Shown here one piece after another: positions 8,590 through 18,393 of a stretch of DNA of 25,037 bases; within the stretch, counting starts at the first letter, position 1, and every line of letters starts with the position of its first letter. The notes beneath the pieces are model-generated. The model was not told the DNA's origin and searched no databases. It saw only the letters and a program-made list of their open reading frames with translations. The stretch is taken from positions 1-25,037 of IMG/VR virus record IMGVR_UViG_3300032218_000387, one strand, 5' to 3'. The DNA is from a virus. Its lineage: Duplodnaviria; Caudoviricetes. The position numbers and the translations under genes were made by a program.

Positions 8590-9455
8590 TACATCAACTT
8601 CCAATCTTTGAGTACCTGATACTGCAATGCATCAACGGTATTGCGTGCGTTGTTAGTAAACTGCCAACGTGGATCTTTACGAACTTGATTCTCAAATTCC
8701 CATAATGGAGTAGGGGCAGCATACTCTGCTCCTTTTCCATTTGCTACTCCTTGTAATGCCTTGCGTAATGTAGGATCATTATAAGTAATTGAGTTAACAT
8801 CAATCTCTAATAAATTAGCCATTGAAGTCTTATAGGCTGAGGCTAAAGAATCTAGTGATGTACCATTTTTAATTTGCTGTGCATATGCTGGAAATGCACT
8901 TGCTGAATCTTCTCTAATCTTATTTTTAATATCATATATTGTAGTCTTGCCACCAAAGATATCTTTAGAATATCCATCAAGTTGAGCATCAGTTAGTTCT
9001 ATACCAAAAGATGCACCATATTCTTTTAAGTTCTGAATATTCTCAAGAGTTGTTCCACCAATTTTGCCAGTGTTTGCTTGTAATACTTTAGCATCTAACT
9101 CTGTATCTGATAACCCACCAAGGTAAGCATCTTCAGTAATCATATTAAATGTTGCATCTGGTAGGTTAATACCCGACTGAATTAAACGAGCACGTTCATC
9201 TGCACGATATTTTGCTAAGTCTTGTTGGTATACACCATTACGGCCTAATTTTGTTTCTTGACGTATAGCAGATACATTAGTTACTTCTTGATAGTACTTA
9301 CTTAAATACCAATATTTGCTAGCATTAACTAAATCATCTTTGAGATATGCTTCCCATGCTTGCTTAAGATATACATCATCTGGCCGACTATCAATTAATT
9401 TCTGCGTCAGGCCATGCGCGGTTGCTGCCATCTGCCCAGGAGATAACTCTGCCAT
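8589..9455 (-). CDS. putative internal virion protein (288 aa)
   Basis: AGGA RBS; helical; C-terminal LWEFENQVRKDPRWQFTNNA; same gene block. Confidence 0.6.
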   Translation of the reverse strand: MAELSPGQMAATAHGLTQKLIDSRPDDVYLKQAWEAYLKDDLVNASKYWYLSKYYQEVTNVSAIRQETKLGRNGVYQQDLAKYRADERARLIQSGINLPDATFNMITEDAYLGGLSDTELDAKVLQANTGKIGGTTLENIQNLKEYGASFGIELTDAQLDGYSKDIFGGKTTIYDIKNKIREDSASAFPAYAQQIKNGTSLDSLASAYKTSMANLLEIDVNSITYNDPTLRKALQGVANGKGAEYAAPTPLWEFENQVRKDPRWQFTNNARNTVDALQYQVLKDWKLM

Positions 9456-9463
9456 TTAGTTTC

Positions 9464-10453
9464 CTATCTATTCCGACTTATAAAGTCCATAAAGCCTTGA
9501 CTTTTATTTTCTGCGTAATCTTGCGTACCAGATACTTTATCTTTAATATAAGAAGCAATATCTGCTTCACTGAAACTTGGATTAGTATATGTCTTGGTAT
9601 TATTAGTGCCGACTGGAACAGTCTTAGTTACGGTGCCTTCTTCTAACTTCTTCTTTAGATCTGGTAACCAAGATTTAATTTCTTCAGGTGTTGCATTTCG
9701 AGGCATAACACTTCTTAAGTTTTGATTAATAAGCGTTGTTACTTCAGCGTCACTGTATTTACGGATAGTAGTATCAATAGATGTTTGACGACCAGTAACC
9801 TTGACATTCTTTAATGAATCACTAAGCAAATCAAAAGGAGTAATCTTTGCACCACGACCACCATTGTAAATAGATGCAGCAGTAGTAACAAGTCCTTGCC
9901 AGAGATTGAATCCCTCTACTAGACTTAAGTTCTGGCCCTTGGCTGCATAAGCATTCATGATTTTTTTCTGCAATGCTGGGTCAGACCACCAGGAGTTTGC
10001 TAATGTTGGTGCATATTTTGTATTAGATATAACAGCATTCTTTGGTTTACCTGTAATAGGATCTATCTCTAGTTTTCCAGTAGAACCACTATCTGCAAGC
10101 CATACTAAAGATGTAGCACCTACACCTTGTGATTGCCATACACCATTATTTGTAATGTCAACACCATTGTTTAATAACTCTTGTACAACATCTGCTGGCA
10201 AATTTGCTGGAGCATTAGATGCCAATGGATTCTTTGGCAGGACATAAGGAGTTTTACTTTTAGGTGGAGTAGGCGCTTCACCTTTAATTTGATTCTCAAC
10301 TTCAACAAGACGTTTTCTATCTGTTTCAGTCTTCTTCATATACGCTAAGCGCTTGCTTGGCGATAAAGAACCTAGCCCGTTAGGACCTGCTGCTGCTTTA
10401 AGTCTTGCTTGGATAGCATTTTTCTCTGCAAGGAGTTCTTCTTTAGATGCCAC
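9464..10453 (-). CDS. putative internal virion protein (329 aa)
   Basis: GTG start behind AGGAG; coupled to the 1711-aa gene. Confidence 0.6.
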   Translation of the reverse strand: MASKEELLAEKNAIQARLKAAAGPNGLGSLSPSKRLAYMKKTETDRKRLVEVENQIKGEAPTPPKSKTPYVLPKNPLASNAPANLPADVVQELLNNGVDITNNGVWQSQGVGATSLVWLADSGSTGKLEIDPITGKPKNAVISNTKYAPTLANSWWSDPALQKKIMNAYAAKGQNLSLVEGFNLWQGLVTTAASIYNGGRGAKITPFDLLSDSLKNVKVTGRQTSIDTTIRKYSDAEVTTLINQNLRSVMPRNATPEEIKSWLPDLKKKLEEGTVTKTVPVGTNNTKTYTNPSFSEADIASYIKDKVSGTQDYAENKSQGFMDFISRNR

Positions 10454-10454
10454 G

Positions 10455-13400
10455 TTATGCTCCTAAGCCTAGATACTTGTCATAAATTTTATCTTGTGAT
10501 AGGTATCTATCATAGATAGTACTGAATTGAATATCACCATTCTTTAATTGGCTAATGTAATACTCAAGAACCGACTTTAAATCAGCATTTGATTTAGCGT
10601 CTATGTTACTAGTATTTCTGCCACTTAATGTGACAGCAATCTGGTCACGTACTTTCATGTACATTGCAAGCGATTTCCATGTAGGGTCATTTGCATTGTC
10701 AGCCATAAATGTTTTATCAGATAGAATCTTTCTGAATCCATCAACAGTACGTGCTGTTTTTGTGCCATCAACATCTTTATAATCTTGATACCACGCACTA
10801 ACCTGACCAGTAGGTTGTTTAGTTACTGGGTCTATTTCAGATGATAATGAACTAATGACTGCCTGCTTTGCAGCAAGTAGATCCTCGGCACCATGTTGTG
10901 TCAATGATGTAAGCCCACGATCTTTTAAACGATTGTCAATGATAGTCATTGCAATGCGGTACTTTGCCCAGCCTTCACGTTGTTTGTTGAGTGCTTGTGC
11001 TTCCTGTGGATTAGACTTTCCTCTAAACTTCTCTGGTGTTCCAGGACCGATAGATGTCTCTTGTTGCCACCAGTATGCCGTTGGGTCAAACTTAGCAGCA
11101 TTAGAACCATTAGTAACCAGACCAACAAGTGATGGGTTATCGGTTGCAATGTTTGAAATCAAACTAGAATAACGTTTAGCATTCTGTACTGAATCCATTG
11201 TTGCTTGAGAACCTGTAGGGTTCTTGGATAATGTTGTAGCAAAATCAAAGAAGTCAGGATAATCCTGAAGGAACTTTGCATCTGCATTTAATCCATAAAG
11301 ATTACCATAATTGCGCCACTTATCCATATATAAACGATAAGGACTATCAAATTGTGGAGCAAATGGCAAGATTAAAGATGCAGCCATACGCATTTTATAG
11401 AATGCATCTGTCTTAGTTTTAATCTCTTTATCTGTTAGATATGGTTTACCTTCATCACGAGCCTTATGCTGTTCTGTTAACCAGATCAATTGATATGTCT
11501 TTGCATATGCATCGCTATTCTGACCCTTGAGGATTTCGCTTCCATGTCGTGCCCATGTTGGTAGGAACTGATTGACTATAGAAGCGTCAGGTCCGAATGG
11601 GAATGCAAAGGATACAACAGATGACCATTCAGGTTTAACCTTAAGAACATTTGCAATTGGAATTGCAGCGAATGGGCCGACTGATACACCAAATGGATTA
11701 CCAGCAAACATAACATCTAGACTCTTCTTACTAACACCGACCTGGTCAAGGGAAGATAGACCAGCACCTAGGATAGGAAGTTTCTTTAATGTCTTAGGTA
11801 TTGGGAACCACATAGTATCATTAGGGTTTAATGGTTTACTTGAGTCAACAGTATTACCATTCTGATCTGTAATCATACCCAAACGGTTAGGAGCATTCCA
11901 GATAACATTAGCACGATTTAACATCTGTGGTTTATCTGCAGCAATCTTTAGCCATGTCTTTACTGCATTCTCTTGTGCAGAGAAGAATGGAGAAATAAAA
12001 CGTAGCATATGTGCAGCATTTGAACGATATTCAACATTGTAAAGGATTTCCTTTACGCCTTTCATGGCATCAGCACGAGCAGAGGCTTCCAACTTATATT
12101 GAATATCTGCCCACTCAGAACGAGTGAACTTACCACCATGTAAGAATTCTGCTGTAGCGATACGCTTTTGCATAGACTTCTGATATAGATCAATGAATAG
12201 TGGGTGGCGTGCCCAGTTATCTTCAGGCAGTTGCCCTAGATACTTAAACATTGTATTAGTAAACTGTCTGATTATAGCCTTAGGGCGTAGATTGATATTA
12301 GCATCTAGCAACGGACCATGAACAATTGGCAACTTACTTGGATCTGTGATTGCATTGCGTAAGAATTCTTCGCTTACACGTGAGCCTTCCATAGCATTTG
12401 GATTGACAATGAACTCTGGATCAAAGACACGTGATGGGTGCATTGTTGGTGGAACGTATTCTGGGTCACGAACTTTTCCAGCATTTGGACCGTATGAATC
12501 AACAAATTCTGGAGTTTTGCCATTCTTAATTTGTTTAGGTTTTCTTCCACCCTTAGCAACCATTTCATCTGCATTCCCTTTAACAACACGAACTGGGACA
12601 GCATCAAGACCTTCAGCAATTGCAGCCTGAAGTCTATGGTTACCTTCTCCAATATAGGCAAGTCCAGTTTCATTGTCATAAACAACCATGATCGGATCTT
12701 GATAAGGCTTTCCATTGAATTCTCTTGTAGCAAATCCCATGCCTTTACGAATAGATTTTCTTAATGCATCTATTCCTTCAGTGTTACTAAGAGCATTTCC
12801 TGGCATATCTTTCAATGCCTCAACTTTTACAAATCCAACAGTATCTCTTGAACCAACAAGACCACCACTACCACCATCAAGATATTTTTGCAAATATGGG
12901 AATTTACTTTTAACTTTGGCGTATGGTCCTAGAATTTCTTCACGTATACCATAACCATTAGGGATATAATTATCAAGGAATCTTTGGGTAGTATCAACAT
13001 AATCTTCAACTTCAGAACGTCGGATACCCATACGTGCGCGAAGTTCTGCATCTGCTGCAAGTTCTTTGATTACAGTTGCACGATCTTTCCCACTCATCAA
13101 TGCTCTTGCAACCTTTGAGTTTCCAAATACATTATTAATTGCGTCAGCCCATGCCTGGTAATAGTTTGCATCTTCTGGGCGAACCATTCCAATGCCTTTA
13201 GCAGAAAGATTCTTGCCATATAATCCAGCAGTATCTTCTAATAGGTTAGAAAATGTTTGCGCAGATGAGTTTAGTTTACGGAATAAACCACCATTTGGCC
13301 CACCAAAAGCACCATGTGCTGTATATGTTATTCCATCAATACTATCAATTGATGACTCAAAGTCTATATCAGATTGACCGATATGCTTTTTATTTGAACG

Positions 13401-15590
13401 CACTCTAGATGCTTCAATCTTAGCCATTGCTGCGCTATTGCTTTCATAAAGTGCAGTATGTTCTACAAGTTTTCTCTGAGCAATAACAAGTTGATTCATA
13501 AGATCTATATCTTCTGGATTAAGTGCTAGTTGTTTCTCAAGTCTAGAAATTTCTTTTTGTGCAGATGCTAATCCAGCACCAGAAACATGCAGTTCTTTCT
13601 TTAGAACATTATAATCTGGCGTTTTAATACCTTTATAATTATCAATGAGTCTAGTTCCAGCAACTTTAGTATTATCCATAATATCTCTAGCGCCTTCACC
13701 AGCATGACGCAATGAAGTCATTGCACCTACTGTGGCCCAGATACGCAGTTGTGAATCAATAGCATTACGAATAGGATAACCTAGACGCAGAAGAACCGAT
13801 GCCTTCCACAAATCAGATACAGTATTAATGGTTTCATGTAAACTTCCAGAAACACTGCGCAATGCGCTTGCATTTTGCTTTAAGACTGCATCGATTTTAT
13901 CAAAGTTTGCAATAGGAAGAATGTTTGCAGTCTGGGATTCAAACATAGGGACCTTAACCATTTGGTCTAACACATGGTCATAGATAAATCCATTATCTCT
14001 TGCCTCGGTTAAACGACCAGAACGTAATTGGTTATGATAGTCGAATAGTTTTGCTGCATCTTCACTTGTTACACCATGTTTTTTTGCAAGAACATTATAT
14101 CCAACATATTCTAAATCATTAATTACTTTAGCACGGGCCTCTGGTGTTACTGCTGAAGCATATCTTTCAATAAATCCTGCAGCATTTTCACGTGTGAATG
14201 TACCTTCAGGTAGAGTTGTTAGCACACCTGTCTGTCCCTTAACAGATGGACGTGATAATTGTACAAGTCTATCTGTGACTGAGATCACTTCTTGGATAGA
14301 ATCACCATCATTTAAATTAGCCATGCCACTTGGACGCAAACGAGCGGGCCAGGTTACGCTATAATAAAGTTTATGCCACACAGTTGGTTGGTACATTTCA
14401 ACAGTTGCATCGCCAACTTGGCGTGAATGGAATGGGACTGTACGTCCACCTGCCATTAACGAACCAACACTTTGGCCAAAGCGTCCGATACCTTCTGATA
14501 CTGGTGCTTCTTGTGATATGTTAAAAATTCCGTCAGCATACTTATCATGTTTAGCCCAAGCAGCAATGTATGCTTTATCTGCCTGTATTTCTTCTTCACT
14601 TCTAAAAGCAAACTGCAGCATATCCTCAGTTGTGGCAGCCTTCATGGCTGCTTCTTGATTTAGCAAGAATTTATAGTCGCTACGTGTTAGTTCACCACTT
14701 GCAATACGTAAAGGTGCAGCAAGATCTGGACGAGAAAGAAGTTCTAGTTCATGCGCTCCACTTGAATCGCCAAGAACTGCAAGCATTGTGTTAAGTGCTT
14801 CATCTTTATTTTGTGTTACACCCAAAAAGTATGCAACAGATGCACGGTTATTGCTGTTCTTAACCCAAGGATGATTTGCTGCCCATAATGTATCATTATT
14901 TGCAAAATCTTCAGCAAGTTTATCATACTTTTTTGCAACATCAGATGTTACTGGAATGCCTGAGCGCACTTCACGGATTGCTTTGATTGCCACTTCTGCA
15001 GCATCTGCTGCTTTGTATGCTGCAAATGCTTTTCCGCCGACGATTGATACATCACCAAATAGCCAAGCAGCAGTATCTAATGAACCTGATATCCCTTTAC
15101 CATAGATGCTATCATTGAATGCAGCATCTCGTTGCTTTTTATCATATATATCAAAATTTGAATTGGCAAAGTCTGGCTTTAATGCATCTGGTACAAGAGA
15201 GAATGCACCAAAAATATTTGTTGCAGCAGCCTGACCAAATGAAATTTGATTGCGCGCTTCCCATGCTTTTTTCCATGCAATAACAGGACTGGCTGATTTA
15301 GTATCAGCAGTTGCTAACATAAATGCGCTCAATGGTTCACGAATAATATTTCGGTTAATAGCAGTTACTGCACCAATAACACCACCAACTGGGCGTAATG
15401 CATTCTTAGCAAGATCTGTTCCAGCCTGCTTTAAGGTTCCAGCAAAGTTATCATATTCTTTTCTGTCATTCCAAGGTGCAGTAGCAATATCCCATGCAAA
15501 CTTTGGAAGTGAACCAATGGCTAAGCCAATATCTAAACCCCAGTCTCTGGTTCCTTTTGCAAGGTCACCTAAACGGTCCCAGATATTCAT
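10455..15590 (-). CDS. large internal virion/DNA-ejection protein (1711 aa) with an embedded ParB/Srx-like domain
   Basis: Largest ORF, helical and Ala-rich, in a morphogenesis block with no tape-measure or tail-tube cassette. Internal motif IDALRKSIRKG...DPIMV...IGEGNHRLQAAIAEGLDAVPVRV at about aa 940-1000. Confidence 0.75.
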   Translation of the reverse strand: MNIWDRLGDLAKGTRDWGLDIGLAIGSLPKFAWDIATAPWNDRKEYDNFAGTLKQAGTDLAKNALRPVGGVIGAVTAINRNIIREPLSAFMLATADTKSASPVIAWKKAWEARNQISFGQAAATNIFGAFSLVPDALKPDFANSNFDIYDKKQRDAAFNDSIYGKGISGSLDTAAWLFGDVSIVGGKAFAAYKAADAAEVAIKAIREVRSGIPVTSDVAKKYDKLAEDFANNDTLWAANHPWVKNSNNRASVAYFLGVTQNKDEALNTMLAVLGDSSGAHELELLSRPDLAAPLRIASGELTRSDYKFLLNQEAAMKAATTEDMLQFAFRSEEEIQADKAYIAAWAKHDKYADGIFNISQEAPVSEGIGRFGQSVGSLMAGGRTVPFHSRQVGDATVEMYQPTVWHKLYYSVTWPARLRPSGMANLNDGDSIQEVISVTDRLVQLSRPSVKGQTGVLTTLPEGTFTRENAAGFIERYASAVTPEARAKVINDLEYVGYNVLAKKHGVTSEDAAKLFDYHNQLRSGRLTEARDNGFIYDHVLDQMVKVPMFESQTANILPIANFDKIDAVLKQNASALRSVSGSLHETINTVSDLWKASVLLRLGYPIRNAIDSQLRIWATVGAMTSLRHAGEGARDIMDNTKVAGTRLIDNYKGIKTPDYNVLKKELHVSGAGLASAQKEISRLEKQLALNPEDIDLMNQLVIAQRKLVEHTALYESNSAAMAKIEASRVRSNKKHIGQSDIDFESSIDSIDGITYTAHGAFGGPNGGLFRKLNSSAQTFSNLLEDTAGLYGKNLSAKGIGMVRPEDANYYQAWADAINNVFGNSKVARALMSGKDRATVIKELAADAELRARMGIRRSEVEDYVDTTQRFLDNYIPNGYGIREEILGPYAKVKSKFPYLQKYLDGGSGGLVGSRDTVGFVKVEALKDMPGNALSNTEGIDALRKSIRKGMGFATREFNGKPYQDPIMVVYDNETGLAYIGEGNHRLQAAIAEGLDAVPVRVVKGNADEMVAKGGRKPKQIKNGKTPEFVDSYGPNAGKVRDPEYVPPTMHPSRVFDPEFIVNPNAMEGSRVSEEFLRNAITDPSKLPIVHGPLLDANINLRPKAIIRQFTNTMFKYLGQLPEDNWARHPLFIDLYQKSMQKRIATAEFLHGGKFTRSEWADIQYKLEASARADAMKGVKEILYNVEYRSNAAHMLRFISPFFSAQENAVKTWLKIAADKPQMLNRANVIWNAPNRLGMITDQNGNTVDSSKPLNPNDTMWFPIPKTLKKLPILGAGLSSLDQVGVSKKSLDVMFAGNPFGVSVGPFAAIPIANVLKVKPEWSSVVSFAFPFGPDASIVNQFLPTWARHGSEILKGQNSDAYAKTYQLIWLTEQHKARDEGKPYLTDKEIKTKTDAFYKMRMAASLILPFAPQFDSPYRLYMDKWRNYGNLYGLNADAKFLQDYPDFFDFATTLSKNPTGSQATMDSVQNAKRYSSLISNIATDNPSLVGLVTNGSNAAKFDPTAYWWQQETSIGPGTPEKFRGKSNPQEAQALNKQREGWAKYRIAMTIIDNRLKDRGLTSLTQHGAEDLLAAKQAVISSLSSEIDPVTKQPTGQVSAWYQDYKDVDGTKTARTVDGFRKILSDKTFMADNANDPTWKSLAMYMKVRDQIAVTLSGRNTSNIDAKSNADLKSVLEYYISQLKNGDIQFSTIYDRYLSQDKIYDKYLGLGA

Positions 15591-16039
15591 GAATTACCGT
15601 TCATTAATTTGTTAAGTGCATCACGTGTATCAGTAGATGTTTCTGGACGTGAAGCAATAAAGTCTAATACTGGACGGTACTGTTGCATTAACTGATCAAA
15701 CTTAGTATTGTCAGGTTGCGCTGGTAGCCCAGGAACTGATGTAGCACCAGGCCCCATTGAGGCTCCATCCATAACATGCTGATCTGGATTCTCTGTTGGT
15801 GCAGTGATTTGAGTAACCTCAGGCAATTGAGGAGTAGGAACACCTGTTGGTGTTGGAGAATTTGCTGTTCCCTGTAAAGGAGCACCAGCCATTTGTTCTG
15901 CTAATGCTTTATTTTGGCCATAGGCAAAACCTTTGTACTGACCTGATTGTCCTGCACCACCAGTACCTGATACATTAGCAGGATTATTCTGCGGAGCAGT
16001 TGGGCGGAGACCGCCTCTATTCTCTGGTGCAGTTGTCAT
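15587..16039 (-). CDS. Pro/Gly/Gln-rich low-complexity virion protein (150 aa)
   Basis: AGGAGG RBS; ATGA overlap with the downstream gene. Confidence 0.7.
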   Translation of the reverse strand: MTTAPENRGGLRPTAPQNNPANVSGTGGAGQSGQYKGFAYGQNKALAEQMAGAPLQGTANSPTPTGVPTPQLPEVTQITAPTENPDQHVMDGASMGPGATSVPGLPAQPDNTKFDQLMQQYRPVLDFIASRPETSTDTRDALNKLMNGNS

Positions 16040-16047
16040 GATTCCTC

Positions 16048-16590
16048 CTACTTAATATATTTAAATTGCAATTTTGAAATATAAGGACCTGCAGTAAATG
16101 CAGTTAATTTAGATGCAATCTCCATTGCTTCATATGCATCTGCTCCTGCATGCAAGGCACCAAGTGCATAAGATGCACCAGAACCTGCTGCGTATATTCC
16201 ACTTTTATTTTTGCTAACTGATAAATCATTATCTATGTCGAATATCTCACCACATACTGCAATAAGAAATTGAAATCTTAATTCACCTTTTGTCTCATCA
16301 AAGTTATATCCATTCTCTGTTAGGCATTTACGTAGAGAAGGCATAGCCTTTGTAATCATAAAGTGATATAAATCTTTTCTATCTTTTGTAGTTGGTGTTG
16401 GTGGGTCCCATATATGTTGTGCAACATCACATGGAAGTACTTCACCAGATCCACCTATAATAAATGCACCACGTTCAGACAGTTTCTTAACATTAGGATG
16501 GTTATAAATAAAACCATTATCATCTGTTGTTTGGCTATCTGCAATTAGATGAGACTGTGTTTCAGTTTCAATACCGATTATTGTTGTCAT
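16048..16590 (-). CDS. proteasome-beta/HslV-like N-terminal threonine (Ntn) protease (180 aa)
   Basis: M-TTIIGI start, ADSQTT, VKKL, GSG and AAGSGASYALGAL match the proteasome-beta/HslV catalytic pattern; GGAGGGG RBS. Confidence 0.85.
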   Translation of the reverse strand: MTTIIGIETETQSHLIADSQTTDDNGFIYNHPNVKKLSERGAFIIGGSGEVLPCDVAQHIWDPPTPTTKDRKDLYHFMITKAMPSLRKCLTENGYNFDETKGELRFQFLIAVCGEIFDIDNDLSVSKNKSGIYAAGSGASYALGALHAGADAYEAMEIASKLTAFTAGPYISKLQFKYIK

Positions 16591-16604
16591 TGTCCCCTCC
16601 TAGA

Positions 16605-18386
16605 TTACATTTTGCGAGAAGAACGAACGCTCGCTGTAGGCTTTCCTCCACCAGTAATACCTGACAACAATGTCATTACATCAGGTGGTGCGGTTTGAAT
16701 ATTTGCTGGCATTTCATTTGGAGTAGCGCCTCCTACTGGAGTGCCAGTGGGAGCAGGGGACGTTTGCTCAACCGCTTGTGGCATCCCAGCAGGAGGAACT
16801 GTTTGCTGCTGTGGGGCAAAGGTTGCTTCAATTGCATCCTCTAATGCCTGTCCCTTTTGGCGTGCCTTGATGACAGCAGCAATTTTACGTACTACAGCGG
16901 AAGCATCCTGGCCTTGAGTAGCCATCTGTGGAATTGCTTGTGTGTAGGCGGTAAGTGAATTAAGAAGTGAATCTCTCATCTTCTCAATTTCAATCTTTTC
17001 TAATTCTTGTGTTACATTAACTGTAAATGGAAGTTCACGCATTGCCATATCTTTGGAGATTAATCCACCACCAAGTGCCTGTAGCATAAAGATAAGACCT
17101 TGTGCTGGGTTAAGACCAGCAAGCATTCCATAACGGACATCTGCTGAGTAATCAGATTTGATGTCTTTCTTAGGTGAGTATGTAATTTCGTATGGTGAAC
17201 CTGAGTCAACACCACGAATTGTCTTCTCACCTGGAAAAATTTTCTCATCAACTTCAAAACAAAGTTGGATTACATCACGAAGTGCAGCAGCAAAGATTGC
17301 CTGTGCTGACTTAACTTGTGTATCAAAGGCTCCCATAAGAGCCTGCACACCTTGGCCTGTAACCACTGATGCATTGATATTACCTGTACGTCCCTCAGGA
17401 TAACGAGCACCAACACGAAGTTCTTGGTTTAATAATGATTGCTCAGTGAATGCACCTTGTGGTAGAGTCAACTCTACGCGTCGTACACCTTGAGGATTTG
17501 CTGTACGAATAACAGCATCTCCACCTAGTTGAAGTTCTTGAACATCATTAGGTAGAACAATAGGAGCCTGTACAGATTTTTCTGCAGCCTCCATAGCAAG
17601 TAATGCAAAACGATTGCGTAGTAATTGAATACCAAGAATGTCGTCGAACTGTCCACGTAGTTCACCATCGATAGATGGTTTACGTGCAACAACAATCATC
17701 ATCTTACCAATAGGATTAATAGCCTTTGATAAAACTAAATTATTTTTTGTTGGAATGTAGATAAGTGATTGGTCTTTATCATAGTAACGAATCATTTCAA
17801 CCTGAGCATTGAGGTCCTGCTTGTAGCCAAAGCCACCAAGTAGTTCACGATCGTAATCAGGAAACTGGGAAACAAGTTCGCCTAGAGACATCATGTATCG
17901 TTTAGCAAAAGCAACGCATCGCCCGTAGCGATCAAATTCTGGGTAAGCACCTATTGGGTTTTCTACACGGATGCGAGGTAGTTTGCTTTCTTCGTCCAGT
18001 TCAATCATGAACGGAACGAAACCATATGTTATATACCAGTCAGCACCTGAGTACATTTGGACTGATAGATCAGAGTGTGCAAAATAATTTGATGCAATGC
18101 GAGTGCGCTTATCAGCAAATGTTCGTGCACGATCTGATACTTGATTAGCAGCAGAACAATTGACGGCCGGGAGTGGGGCCATAACCTCAGATAGGTCGCG
18201 TGCTACAATGTCAATAAAGTTTGCAACTACGTTGGCATCAACACCATCTGGAAAGAAATCAGGATATACTTCTGCAATCTTTCCTTTACGGACAGCAAGG
18301 ACGTCTAGGTTGCGAGCATCGCGCTCACTATTACGGTAGCGTAGAGAGTTTACTCTTGCTACTACCTGTTCCATTGATAATGCCAT
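16605..18386 (-). CDS. portal protein (593 aa)
   Basis: Directly follows terminase; ATG 18386 (MALSMEQVVARV) behind AGGA; portal-like size, with a Pro/Gln-rich C-terminal tail typical of podovirus portals. Confidence 0.85.
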   Translation of the reverse strand: MALSMEQVVARVNSLRYRNSERDARNLDVLAVRKGKIAEVYPDFFPDGVDANVVANFIDIVARDLSEVMAPLPAVNCSAANQVSDRARTFADKRTRIASNYFAHSDLSVQMYSGADWYITYGFVPFMIELDEESKLPRIRVENPIGAYPEFDRYGRCVAFAKRYMMSLGELVSQFPDYDRELLGGFGYKQDLNAQVEMIRYYDKDQSLIYIPTKNNLVLSKAINPIGKMMIVVARKPSIDGELRGQFDDILGIQLLRNRFALLAMEAAEKSVQAPIVLPNDVQELQLGGDAVIRTANPQGVRRVELTLPQGAFTEQSLLNQELRVGARYPEGRTGNINASVVTGQGVQALMGAFDTQVKSAQAIFAAALRDVIQLCFEVDEKIFPGEKTIRGVDSGSPYEITYSPKKDIKSDYSADVRYGMLAGLNPAQGLIFMLQALGGGLISKDMAMRELPFTVNVTQELEKIEIEKMRDSLLNSLTAYTQAIPQMATQGQDASAVVRKIAAVIKARQKGQALEDAIEATFAPQQQTVPPAGMPQAVEQTSPAPTGTPVGGATPNEMPANIQTAPPDVMTLLSGITGGGKPTASVRSSRKM

Positions 18387-18393
18387 TATTGTC

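Noticed and set aside
12385-12930. Intein in the 1711-aa protein
   Set aside because: No C/S-start and HN-C/S/T splice junction motifs and no LAGLIDADG blocks; the motif fits ParB/Srx instead.
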